Below are positions 1 to 12,347 of a stretch of DNA of 64,000 nucleotides, piece after piece (within the stretch, counting starts at the first letter, position 1; the number at the start of each line of letters is the position of its first letter). The translations under genes were made by a program, and so were the position numbers. The notes under the pieces are model-generated. The model worked only from the letters and a program-made list of their open reading frames with translations. It had not been told where the DNA came from and did not search any database. This stretch comes from Isurus oxyrinchus (taxonomy: Eukaryota): positions 50,158,001-50,222,000 of the forward strand of contig JANJGN010000011.1 in NCBI GenBank assembly GCA_026770705.1. The letters run 5' to 3'.

Positions 1-1927
1 AGAGGAATATAAAAAACGCAGAGGGGGACTTAAAAAGGAAATCAGGAAAGATAAGAGAGTGCAGGAGAAAGCTCTGGTGCGTAGAATAAAGGAAAAGCCA
101 AAGGATTTTTAAATATATATATATATATATATAGCAAGAGAATAACTAGGGCAAGAGTGGGGCCAATTAGGGACCATAGAGGTAATGCGTGTGTGGACTC
201 GGAAGACGTGGGTACAACCCTCAATGAATACTTTGCATCGGTCTTCACAATGGAAAAGAACGAGGCAGGTATAGACATCAGGGTGGAGGACTGTGACATA
301 TTAGAGGAAATTAACATAGAAAGAGAGAAGAGGTACTAGTGGGTTTAGCGGTCTTAAAAGTGGATAAATCCGCAGGCTCAGATGATATGTATCTCACACT
401 GTTGAGGAGGCAAGGGAAGAGATACCAGGGGCCCTAGCAGTAATTTTCAAATCCTTTCTGGCCACAGTTGAGGTGCCAGAGGATGGAATGAGTGCTAACG
501 TTGTCCCATTACTAAGAAAGGGAGGAAAGGATAGACCAGGAAATTACAGGTCAGTCAGTCTAACCTCGGTGGTGGGCAAGTTACTAGAAAGAATTATGAG
601 GGACAGAATATATTTGCATTTGGAGAGACACGGATTAATCAGGGACAGTCAGCATGGATTTGTTAAGGGAAGGTCGTTTGACAAATTTGATTGAATTTTT
701 TGAGGAGATAACCAGGAGTGTTGATGAGGGTAATGCATTTGATGTGGTCTGCATGGACTTTAGCAAGGCTTTTGATAAGGTCCCTCTTGGCAGACAGGTT
801 AAGAAGGTAAGAGCCCATGGGTTCCAAGGCAAAGTGGCACATTGGATCCAAAATTGGCTGAGAGTCAGGAAGCAGAGTGTGATGGTAAAGGGATGTTTTT
901 GTGACTGGAAGTCTCTTTCCAATGTGGGTTCTGCAGGGCTCAGTGCTGGGGCCCTTGCTGTTTGTGGTGTACAGAAATGATTTGGACTTAAATGTAGGGG
1001 GTATGATCAAGAGATTTGCGGATGACTCGAAAATTGGTATGAAAGTAAATATTGAGGAGGATAGCCGTAAACTGCAGGAGGATATCAATGGACTGGTCAG
1101 ATGGGCAGAGCAGTGGCGAATGGAATTCAACCTGGAAAAGTGAGGTAATGCACTTGGGGAGGGCTAACAAGGCAAGGGATTACACTATGAATGGCATGAC
1201 CCTGGAAAGTACTGAAGATCAGAGGGATCTTAGTGTGCATGTCCACAGATCCCTGAAGGTAGCAGATCAGGTAGATAAGGTGGTTAAGGAGGCATATGGG
1301 ATACTTGCCTTTACTAGCTGAGGCATAGAGTACAAGAGCAGGGAGGTTATGCTGGAAGTATATAAAATGCTGGTTAGGCCACAAGTGGAGTACTGCATGC
1401 AGTTCTGGTCACGACATTTATAAGAAGGATGTGATTGCACTGGAGAGGGTGCAGAGGAGATTTACCAGGCTGTTGCCTGGGTTGGAGGGTCTGAGCTATG
1501 AGGAAAGATTGGATAAGCTGGGGTTGTTTTCCTTGGAGCAGTGAAGGTTGCTGATAGAGGTGTATAAGATTATAAGGGGCATTGATCGGGTGGATAGGAA
1601 GGCATCTTTTCCACTAGCAGATGGGTCTATAACCAGGGGTCAGAGATTAAGGTAAGAGGTAGAAGGCTAAGAGAGGAGTTGAGGAGAATTTTTTTCACCC
1701 AGAGGATGGTGGTAGTTTGGAAATCACTGCCTGAAAGGGTGGTTGAGTCACAAACTCTTGTAACATTTAAGAAGTATTTAGATATTCATTTGTGTTGTCA
1801 TAATCTCCAGGGCTATGGACCAAGCGCTGGAAAATGGGATTCATGTAGTCAGATCTTTGTTGACCGGTGTGGACACGATGGGCCGAATGGCCTCCTTCTG
1901 TACTGTAAACGTCTCTGAGTCTATGAG
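1..1927 (+). mobile_element. CR1-clade LINE, decayed ORF2 reverse transcriptase plus 3' UTR
   Basis: Frameshifted RT motifs NYRSVSLTSVVGKLLE, SQHGFVKGR, DFSKAFDKVP, QGSVLGPLLF, FADD; 3' tail gggccgaatggcctccttctgtactg; (TA)n at about 113-132. Confidence 0.93.
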
Positions 1928-4375
1928 TGTGTTTGGGTCAGTTTCTTAGAGTAATACATTCTGGAACCAGCCATGGAACAGGCTATTTTCGACCTCGTAA
2001 TGTGACAGGATTAATTAATAACCTCATTGTAAAGGATTCTCTAGGTAAGACTGATTATAACATGATAGAATTTCACATTTAATTTGAGGGTGAGAAATTT
2101 GGGTCTTAAACTTAAACAAAGGCAAATATAAGGGCAGAAGATGGAGTTAGCTAAAGTGGGCTGGATAGATAGGTTAGAAGGTAAGAAGGTAAGAGCAATG
2201 GCAGACATTTACAACTCTCAATGAAGAAATATTCCATTGAGAGAGAATGACTATGAAAAGAATGCACCATCTGTGGTTTACTGAGGAAGTTAAGGAAGGT
2301 ATCAAGTTGAAAGAAAAGGCAAACAATATTGCAAAGTTTGGTGGTAGGCCAGAATATTGGGAAAAATTTAGAAACCAGCAAAGGATGACTTAAAAATTAT
2401 AAAGAGTGAGAAATTGAGAATGAGAGAATACCAGCAAGAAATATAAAAACACAGTAAAAGCTTCTGCAAGTATGTAAAAAGCAAGGAAATAGATAAAGTA
2501 AGGGTTATTTCCTTGGAGGGTGAGACTGAGTTATAATTAAAAATGGGAAGCAAGGAAATGGCAGAGACTTTGAACAAGTATTTTGTATCTGTTCTTCACA
2601 GTAGAAGGCACAGAAAGAATCCCAAGAATAGTTGAAAATCAAGAAGCAAAAGGGACAGAGTAACTTAACACAATTAGGATCACTAGAGAAAAAGTACTGG
2701 GAAAACTAATGGGACTAAAGGCTGACAAGTCCCCTGGATTTGATGGCCTGCATCCTAGGGTTTTAAAGTGGTTACAGAGATAGTGGATGCATTAGTTGTA
2801 ATCTTCCAAAATTCCCTAGATTCTGAAAAGGTCCCAACAGATTCCAAAACTGCAAATATAACTCCACTATTCAAGCAAGGAGGGAGACAGAAAGAAGAAA
2901 CTATAGGCCATTAGTCATTGAGAAAATGGTGACATCCATTATTGAGGAGGTGGTATCAGGACATCTAAAAAATCATAATACAATCAGGCAGAGTCAACAT
3001 GGTTTTGTGAAAGGGAAATTGTGTTTTACAAATTTATTAGAGTTCTTTGTGGATGTTACAAGCAGGGTGGATAAAGAGGAACCAATAGATGTAGGATATT
3101 TGGATTTCCAAACGGGATTTTATCAGGTGCCATGTAAAAGGTTACTATGTAAGATAAGAACTCATGGACTTGAGGGTGATAATCTAGCATGGAGAGAGGT
3201 TTGGTGAACTAACAGGAAACAGAGTCGGGGTTAATGGGTCATTTTCAGATTGGCAAACTGTAACTAGTGCAATGCTGCAGGGACCAGTGCTTGGGCCTTA
3301 TCTATTTACGGTCGACTATTAATGACTTGGATGAAGAGACCTACTGTATTGTAGCCAAATTTGGTAATGATTCAAAGATAGTTAAGAAAGCATGTTGTGA
3401 GGAGGATGCAAAGAGTCTGCAAAGGGATATAGATAGGTTAAGTGCTTGGGCAAAAAATTGGCAGATGGATCATAATGTGGGAAAATGTGAGGTTGTACAC
3501 TTTGGCAGGAAGAATGGAAAAGCAGAATATTATTTTAATGGAGAGAGATTGCAGAATGCTGCAGTGCAGAGGCATCTTGGTGTCCTTGTACATGAATGTA
3601 AGTCAGCAGGCAGGTACAGCAAGTAATTAAGAAGGCAAACGGAATGTTGACCTTTACTGACCATCTGCAAATGATTATTGCAAATCTTGCTATAGCAGTT
3701 CAAGGCATTGTTGAAACTCCACCTGAAGTACCATGTACAGTTTTGGTCTCCTTACATAAGGAGAGATGTACTTGCATTGGAAGCAATTCAGAGAAGGTTC
3801 ACTAGGCTAATTCATGGGATTAGGGTTTTATGAGGAATGGTTAAGCAGGTCGGACCTATATTCACTGGAATAAAGAAGAATGAGAGGTGTTATTATTGAA
3901 ACATATAAGATCTGAGGGAGTTTGACAGGGTTGTTTCCCCACATGGGGGAACGGGCGGGGCTTTAAATTTCTGCCGAGATTCAATTTCGTTTGGCTGCCT
4001 CTCCGAATTTTCTGTCCCACCCATGATGGATCCTGCTGCAGGTGGCACCGGAAAATCCTGACCTAGGACTAGGGGGCACAGTTTAAAAATAAGAAGTCTC
4101 CCATTTAAGATGGAGGTGAGGAGGAATTTCTTCTATCAAAGGGTCATTAGACTTTGGAATTCTCTTCCAAAGGGAGCAGTGGGGACTGGCTCATTGAATA
4201 TATTCAAGGCTGAGTTAGATTTTTGATTGACTGACAAGGGAGTTATGAGTTATGGGGGACAGGCAGGAAAGTGGAGTTAAGCCCACAATCAGATCAACTA
4301 TGATCTTTCTGAATTGTGGAATAGCCGCTCAAGCAGCTGAATGGCCTACTCTTGCTCCTATTTCTTATGTTCTTT
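1928..4375 (+). mobile_element. Second CR1-clade LINE (endonuclease end, RT, 3' UTR) with a small GC-rich MITE-like insert at about 3953-4062
   Basis: IRQSQHGFVKGKLCFTNLLEFF, INDLDEE..IVAKFGNDSKI, KCEVVHFGRKN; tail gaatggcctactcttgctcctatttcttatgttctt. Confidence 0.9.
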
Positions 4376-4825
4376 TGACCTTGTGGGGCTGGTGGAGATT
4401 ACAGAGATGGGGACGAATGAGGCCATTTATGGTCTTGAAAACAAGGATGACAATTTTAAAATTGAGGCGTTGCTCAACTGGAAGACAATCTTGGTCAGCG
4501 AGCACACGAATATTGGGTGAACAGGACAAGTTGTAAGTTAGGATGTGTGCAGCAGAGCTTTGGATGACGTCAGATTTGAACACGATAAAATGTGGGCAAC
4601 CAGCCAGGAGTGTATTGGAATAGCCAACTCTGGAAGTAGCAAAGGCATGAATGAGGGCTTCAGCTGCAGATGAACTGAGGCAGGGACAGAATGAGACAGT
4701 GTTTCAGAGATGGAAATAGGCGGTGTTAGTGATGGTGTCGGAAGTTCAACTCAGGGTCAGATATGACAGCAAAATTGCGAACTGTCTAGTTCAGTCTCAG
4801 GGAGACAGATGGAGTTGGTAGGTCC
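4376..4825 (-). mobile_element. L2-clade LINE fragment (ORF2 C-terminus)
   Basis: Minus-strand IQSSAAHILT...VLADQDCLPVEQRLNFKIVILVFK resembles the L2 motif QNSAAR..LHWLPV.QR..FKI. Confidence 0.8.
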
Positions 4826-4919
4826 TTGTGACTCACTGAGGCTGACAATTTATTGGCTGAATTCTGAGTAAGTTTTTGATGAGTGAGAATTGAGTACTGA
4901 ATTCTGGTAAGTTTTTGAT

Positions 4920-5355
4920 GTGGACTGGAGTGTATTAGGAACTTAGCTCCATCTCCATAAGCAAGTGGGATTGGGCTGGCAGTGAGGTTAAAGTATTAAA
5001 ATCTTGTATCCTGACTCAAAGACACCTCTAACTCGCCCATATCCAGCTTTAACAGAGACAGAAAGATGGGCAGGAGGCCAACCTGCTCCAATGAGGCGAA
5101 CCGATACTTTAAATATTATAATGAGACTGTGAACCTCGTTGTTATTCAAGATTTTAATACTTTAACCTCACTCCCAGCCCAAACCCATCTGGTTTTGAGG
5201 TTAAAATTCCCCCGATGTCTTTCCCCACAAGGATCTGCAAGGCTTTCCCTCGATACCACACCCAGATTTTAACATTGAGGAAGAGGAGTGATCACTTCTC
5301 CAATGCTTATTATGGTACAAGGATGGAGCTAAGTTCCTAATACACTCCAGTCCAC
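4920..5355. repeat. Nested inverted-repeat (fold-back) element
   Basis: 4920-4953 is the exact reverse complement of 5322-5355 (34 bp); 4966-5006 matches 5147-5187 at 39/41. Confidence 0.85.
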
Positions 5356-6260
5356 GGGCCCTGACAGTGTCCCAGCTGTAGTGCTGTGGACCTGTGCTCC
5401 AGAATGAACCATGCCCCTGGCAATTCCTCATGTATGTCACCCTGTCCACAAAAAGCAGGATAAATCCAATACTTCAGTTACCTCCCTATTAGCCTACCCC
5501 CAATAAAAAGCAAAGTGATCAACAATGTCATCAAGTAGCACTTAGTAATAACCCAGTTTGGGTTCCACCAGAAGAATTCAGCTGAACATCTCATTGCAGT
5601 CTTGTCAAACAGAAGTCAATTTCAAGGGATGAGGTGAATATTGTGATTGGCAATACTTGACTGAGTGTGGCCCTAAGGAGCTCAAGTTAAACTGAAGTCA
5701 ATGGGGATCAGGAGAAAAGCTCTCCAGTGGTTGGAGTCATAGCTAGCACAAAAGAAGATGGTTGTGGTTGTTGGAGATCAATCATCTCAGCCCCAGAGTA
5801 TTGCTGCGGGAGCTCCTCAGGGCAGTTTACCAGAGCCAACCACCTTCGGTTTCTTATCAGTGAGCTTTCTTCCATCATAAGGTCAGAAGTGGGGATGCTA
5901 ATTCTTGATGACATATTGTGAAGCTCCATTTGCAATTTGTTAGGTAATGATGCACTCCATGCTCGCATGCAGCAAGACCTGGACAATGTTCAGGCTTCAG
6001 CTGATGGCAGTTAACTTTTGTGTCACCCAAGTACCAGGCAATGACCATCTTTAATGAGAGAGTGTAAACACTTCCCTTGATTATCTATGATGTTAGCATT
6101 ACTAGGTTTCCTACCATCAATATCCTGGAGGTCACCATTGACCAGATACTGAGCTGGAACAGGCATATAAGTGTCCTGGATTTGAGAGCAGGTCACATGT
6201 TGGGTAGTTTGCAGCAGGTGGCTGACCTGGCTCCCCAAAGCCTCAGCATCACCTACAGGT
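5356..6260 (+). mobile_element. Decayed CR1/L2-group LINE RT fragment ('family B')
   Basis: ISELSSIIRSEVGMLILDD and PTINILEVTIDQILSWNRHI; homologous to the copies at 11369-13400 and 26713-28825. Confidence 0.8.
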
Positions 6261-7543
6261 GGGCTGCAAATTGTGAGTCACTTGCTCAAAAAAAAGGAAA
6301 CCAATTTTTAGTCCTTAGTATTTAAATAAAGAGCTGAGTATTTAATTGTCACTCATGTACTACCTTCCTTGATTATGCACACACTCATTCTATAAAGTCA
6401 GCTAGCAGCAGGCATAGACACAATTCCAAGTCTAAAATGTTAATGATTTTGAGTTATTACACACCAAAGGGTTTGCAGCATTGATCTGAATTCTGTTGCT
6501 CTTCAGATGAGAGCTCTGCCCAGTGAAACTATTGTACTGCCAGTTACTGCTCAACATTCACAAATGATAAGCAGCAAGAGGCAATGATGCACCAGAACTG
6601 CTTAGCAAATTATCCAGTTTGATAACTCTTGTATAATGAATGGCTTATGAATTAAATATTTATGTTCAATTTCCATTATGGAATCAGTTTGTACTATTAA
6701 AGTGCTGAAAAGTATTAGTATTGTTCACATCTATTAAAAGAACATCTGTATGTGGTATCTGTATCTCCACACTCAGTACCATGTGCCGCCATATGAACAT
6801 ACCACACTCATTATCTGTATGTGGTCTGCTGATCCATGGGATATGGCCATTTGCATGGTTGCTGTGGCACATTACTGGTTCAAGATGGTCTCAAGGTCTG
6901 TTGTATACAATGGACATTGATATAAAATCATTTAATGTTTTTGTTGTGCCAGCTTAGTGTGGTTGATAGCACTCATGCTGTCTGCTATTCTTCAAACTTG
7001 AAATGACTGAGCTAGATATTTCCAAATCCCCATATGAATGCATCTGTTATACTATATTGCCTGTGCCATGTTGAGTTATAAACCAGAGCTTCAGATATTA
7101 CTGCATATGCTTTTTTACCTGGTTTCAGTAAATGGTCACTGGATAGGTTAGGCATGTTCAGAATTCTGTAAATGCAGTGTAATATGCATGTGGCCAGCAG
7201 CTTGAGTAATGTGACAATATGTGACTCAGTTTTAAAAAAAGTAAATAGCCAGACCTGTGACTTAGTTTGAAGTGAAACTATGAGAAGTTCTGTAATTTGG
7301 CCTCCTTCAGTGCTGTAGCTATTCTATGATAAATGAAGGAATGAAGCAGGGGGAAAAAACTGGGTACAAAGCAAGAAAGTAAAACATGAGTAAATGAGAG
7401 ACAAGAAAAGGGAGCAACTAAAAAGTATTTCCATGTATTTTTCAATAAATAGATAGACAACAAATTATTTGGAAACTTGCTTTGCCTATTCAGCGATTTG
7501 AAAAAGAATCGCTTCCTTTGATTCTAGATATTTCAAACATCAT

Positions 7544-8789
7544 GGGCTGGATTTTCGCCAAGTCAGGATGATTTGGGAGCCCTTTAAGAATGGCCGACGG
7601 ATCCTGATTCCAGGATTTCTGACCCCATTCCTGGGCTTTCTGATTTTCAGGAGTGCCTTTAAAGGGTATGAGCTGGTTTGCGTCAAAAGCCCGCACACGG
7701 CACTCCCTAACTGGCTGGCTCCATTGCGGAGATAAGCATGTCTTACACCTCCATAATTTTCATGGAATCTGGCAAGGCTTTTAAAGAGTCGTTGTTCCTG
7801 GCACATCAGAGATGTTGTGAATCACAGTCTGCATGAGGGGTCCCTTTGAAAGGTGAGTTCAAAAGGTCATCTTTACGCCTCCACATTCCCAGGTACGTCA
7901 CCCCCACCCACCTGCTGCTATGGCCCCTCATGCCCCCTTTGCAAAGTTATACCCCTCCACCCATCCTTCATATGCCAAACAATGCCCCTCCATCCAACCC
8001 TCCGTGCCAAGCTATGACACTTCCATGCTCATTGACCCACTATATGCTGTATAGAACCAATGAACCCAATAGTGACAATATGATGTGTAAAAAAAAAGTT
8101 ATTCATTCATTACTTTCCACTATGTAAAACAAAACTTTTTTCTACAGCCCAATAAAAGTGTCAATCATCCAGATCCTTTAAAGTATTAATAAAAGAAACT
8201 GCAATCTCTTAAAACCTCTTAATCTTTTATAAATAAAGTTGTGAAGTTGACAGCTGAGATCAGACAGCTAGAGCAATCAATCAATGTTTTCCCCGGGACT
8301 CAGGTCTTTCAACGGAGTAATGGATTTCTGGACTCTCAGCCATGTCTCATTATAGAAACACATATGCAAAAGCATTCATACAGTGTATAGTGGGTCAGTG
8401 GGCATGCAAGTGCTATAGCTTAGCATGGGGGCATGAGGAGTCATACGGGGGTAGGTGGAGGGACATACTTGGGCATGTGGGACATGAGCTAGCATGGATG
8501 GGGCATAAGGAGTGTGTAGGGGGTGAGGAGGAAGGAGGGTTGGAGAACCTTTTCTGTTTTTGTTTTAACTGGGATGAGGTCCCACAGCACCAAGGTGGGC
8601 CTTTTAAATACCCAGCACTTGGCATCCCCTGTGGCTGCCTCCAACCTCTTTCTCGGGTCGGCTGGCCTGACCCCAGCACCCCCAACAGCAATGAAGATCC
8701 CGCCTTTGCAGGCATTTTCTTCCGAGGTGGCGGGCTGAGCCGGAAATTTTCCGTTCCCGTTACCTGCCTCAATGACTAAAATCCAGGTC
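7544..8789. mobile_element. Non-autonomous PIF/Harbinger-type element
   Basis: Termini GGGCTGGATTTT...AAAATCCAGGTC, flanked by 3-bp CAT on both sides; no coding capacity. Confidence 0.7.
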
Positions 8790-8939
8790 CATATGTGGGT
8801 AAAACATAAAAGAATGTCAATGTTTCATGTTTTCATGCCCCTAAACTTAACCTGTGATGCATCCAATTTGCAAAGCCACTTTTCTTTCACTGTATGTTGC
8901 ATATACTGGAAGATTTTTCGTGTTTTTTTTTGTTCAAAG

Positions 8940-9090
8940 GGTGTCAAAGGTAGCTGTTCTACACGAATACATTGGGAGAAGACTGTATGAGGTTATCCCT
9001 TCTACATCTGTTCAAGATATCAAGGAGTTAATCCATGTGGAAACAGATTTCCCTGTTTCGGAACAGCGGTTGCTGTACAATGGAAAAGAG
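8940..9090 (+). CDS. SACS: Sacsin coding exon (human exon 3 equivalent), N-terminal ubiquitin-like domain
   Basis: Acceptor ttttgttcaaAG|G, donor GAG|GTaaca; 151 bp. Reads [50 protein letters not shown], matching human ...[27 protein letters not shown]. Confidence 0.93.
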
Positions 9091-9399
9091 GTAACATTGA
9101 CTTTGAACTGGATTTGGTGGTTGTGACTTACTTTGTTCAATTATCTGTGAAGCCTTAAAGGAAAACTTAGCTCTTTCCTACACTGATTGGTAAAATGTGG
9201 CCATGCAGGGAGGAAATTTTCCACAAAAATATTTTGTTTTACAGTAAGATCAATAGTAAAAGTATTCTCTGCTCATTTGATGAAACAGAGTGTGTCTGAT
9301 ATTTAGATTTTTTTTCAATGCCAGAGTGTTGTGCTATCTTTGCCTGTTCTGATTCACAATATCGTGAAACATGATCAATCTCTTCTCCCTTTTTATGAC

Positions 9400-10050
9400 C
9401 CATCTTAGTGAACTGCCTTCACTTAGTTCCATTCCTGCCTGTCCAATGTCTTGAGCACACTTTTTCTAATCCTGCATGATCACCTTGGATGTTGATAAAA
9501 GTTTAATCTTTGGAAAGCTTCTGATCCTCAGTTAAAGGTTGTTCCTTGCTGACACCATCTGTAGGCATGAGGGCAGTTTTCATATGCTGCTGGCACCTAG
9601 CTCTCCCCTCCACCTGATCTTTCTCCAACTCAACATTGGCAAGGCTAATCAATCTGTTTGGTTGCTGCGGGGAATTCTATAATGTGGTTTTGGATTCTAT
9701 TCCCATCAGTAGTTGTTCATTCAGGTTGAACCTGATGGTGGGCAAACTTGGTGTTCTACTTAACTCTAAGCTGATTTTTTAGCAATATCCTATCCATCAT
9801 CACAACTGTGTCTTTCTGCCTTGAAAACATTGTCTCCCACTGTTGCCTTACTACCTCCTGCTGCTGAAACCTAGTCTACACCTCCAGCCTCTCCAGGCTG
9901 AGGTTCTGCAATGCTCTGCTTTGTAGTCTCATTGGACACCATTCCATGAAAGTCCAACTCCTCAAAACTCCACTGCCCACATCCTGTCTTACATTAAGGT
10001 TTGCTTCTCATTCACTTTGTTCCGTGCAATTGTCTGTTGCCTCCCCACCA
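9400..10050 (+). mobile_element. Highly decayed L2-like LINE fragment
   Basis: Similar to the better-preserved L2 at 34240-35061 (ctgctgctgaaacc..., caaaactccactgcccacatcct). Confidence 0.55.
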
Positions 10051-11787
10051 GTACTCTTGTTGACAAATTCTCTATGCTGGAGACCCAGATCAGCCATAAA
10101 CTAATACAGTAGTAGAATAGGCTCAAGGCACTGTGTGGCCTTGTTCCTATGTATAACGTATTTCTCCACATCCGTAGGAAAATAGTTAAGCATCCTTCAA
10201 AATAATAATTGGGAATGTCAATGCTTCAGAATCTGGATTAGTGCATTCTGAAATCAGGAGCAGTAGTTTTCTCTGTTCTCATGTGCCAGCAACCACCTCC
10301 CTCCCCCATCACCCACCAACCTCACCAAAACATCTATTTGTATCCCACATTTATTGTTAGATATTTTAAAATGAGAAACCAAAATGAGGGCCGAGGCTCT
10401 TGGTCGGGGAGGCAGAAAGACTGAAAACAACAAGTAGATAAATAGAGGACTACTGTAGTGCTTCTCAAGGTGGTGGGGTGGCCTTCAGCTGCTGAGTAGT
10501 GGGTTGGTTGGTTAGAGGGGGGCAGGGGTGGGTGGGTTGTGGCCTACACCTAATACCAGTGTATTATTTTTCTAACTGCAATGCAAGAATATGCTTTATA
10601 TACAACACAGTCAAAATGTTTACTTTTGGAATTAAAGGATATATCTATCCTTTTTGCAATAATTTTTTTTTGTAATTCTTGGCTGTAATTGGGAAGGCTA
10701 ATCCAATATGCTTGATGCAATTATTAGAACTCTGCAGTTATTTATTTGAAATCCAGCCTACCCACACAGATAGTTCTGAGTGAATCTTATCAACTGCACA
10801 CTTTGTAAACCTAGTTTGACTGAAACACCTACCTTTTCACAGCTGTTTTTTGCAGCAGGAATAGGGCTGCAAAGGTCTGTCCATTGAGCAACACCATCCA
10901 ATAGAAAAAAGCGCGAGGTTTTAAAGGAACCTCACAGCTGTTAGCACTCTCTCCGAGCCCAAGGCAGCCATTGCTGCAATAATGAATGATCTGTTCCAGA
11001 CTTGGAAGTTGAAAGTCTTCTAAATTTGTATGATGTCCAAATGAACAGACTACATGAAATGTTAGTAATTTGTTCTTGGCAAATGTGTTTCACATAATTA
11101 CTGCAAAGGTTAAGATAATAATTGAATGAAATTTTGCCAAATTCTGCCAATTTACGATGCTTATAATGGGATTTTGTCGTTTGCAGCATTACTTTTTCTT
11201 TTTAAGTTATGATATAAGTAAAGCACTGCAGCATTCAACTGAAGATTCATTTTACATATCTGCATGAGTTGTGGAACATAGAAGCATAGCACATTGCAGC
11301 AGAGAAACAAGGCACTCAGTCCATCAGATCTGTGCCATTGTTTTTCTCTGGACGAACCACCTAATCTCTTTTTTTATTCATTCAGTAGATGTGTGTCATT
11401 GGCAAGGCCTTGGTGCCTTGTTTGTTGCCCATCCAAAATTGCCCTTGAGAAGTTGGCAGTGAGCCACTTTCTTGGACTACTGCGACCCGTGTGGTGTAGG
11501 TGCACCCACAGTGCATTCAGTTAGGGCGTTCCAGGATTTGGATCCAGTAAGAATGAAGGAACAGCAATATATTTCCAATTCTGGATGCTGTGTGTCTTGG
11601 AGGAGAAGTTGTAGGCCGTTATCTCCTTATTGGCCTGCTGCCCTTGTCTTTCTTTCTAGTTGTGATCACAGGTTGGGAAGGTGCTGTTGAAGAAGCCTTC
11701 ACAGGTTACTGTAGTGCACCTTGTACATGCTTCACACTGCAGATACGATGTGCAGCAGTGGAGGGAATGAATGTTTAAGATTGTGGG

Positions 11788-12347
11788 TGTTATGTTCCAG
11801 AAAGCCAGTTAGTGAAGGATAAAATTGGGACCAATACTTACGTACTTTTATAAGCATTTACTTATAGAGCCACGCATTACAAGAATGTACCTCCTAACCC
11901 AATCCCCATAGTTTCAGTCTGTGTCTTTATACTTTTATTTACAAGAACATCTCACTGGAAATATTGACAGCAAAGACTCATGAGGATTTAAACTGTTCAG
12001 CAGACATCACACTACAGTTGAGGTGGAGCTCCATTGAATAACAATCTCATTCCTTGAGCATTTGATGCCAGACTAAAAAAAATGGAGCAGAAAAGCCGGA
12101 GCCAAAGAATACTGCCATCATTGCCAATAGCTTCCACTTGTTCTCCACAGAAAATGGCAAGTTCTTTCCCGGGCCTTCCTCATAGTGTGATCTGTGGATC
12201 AGCGAGGTACTGAAGTTACGGACTGTGCGCGCCCACAACATGGCTCCCGATTACAGTGACTCGAACCATTATATAGGGACACAAGTCAATCCCCAGTTAA
12301 TGCTCACCACTTGCATACAATTCACCACAATTAATATACAATTAACA
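11788..12347 (-). mobile_element. Solo LTR carrying a COX7C retrocopy
   Basis: Insert in the LINE begins TGTTA and ends TAACA (LTR-type TG..CA with 5-bp TIR); imperfect flanks GTGGG/ATGGA; minus-strand TATA CCTATATAA at 12277-12269. Confidence 0.7.
12047..12241 (-). pseudogene. COX7C: Processed (intronless) copy of cytochrome c oxidase subunit 7C with an uninterrupted ORF
   Basis: [64 protein letters not shown] contains the diagnostic [19 protein letters not shown]; GCC-ATG start; 3' UTR with AATAAA (plus-strand TTTATT 11934-11939); two conserved Arg codons show CpG-type changes (CAC, TGG). Confidence 0.93.

Noticed and set aside
6480-7160. Possible SACS start-codon exon (acceptor-like cttcAG near 6506, donor-like ATAG|GTTAGG near 7146)
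   Set aside because: No ATG-initiated frame ending in phase 2 and no similarity to the known N-terminus was found; the ATG exon is left unassigned.
12047-12241. Mitochondrial insertion (NUMT) or the parental COX7C locus
   Set aside because: COX7C is nuclear-encoded and normally has introns; this copy is intronless and lies inside transposons.
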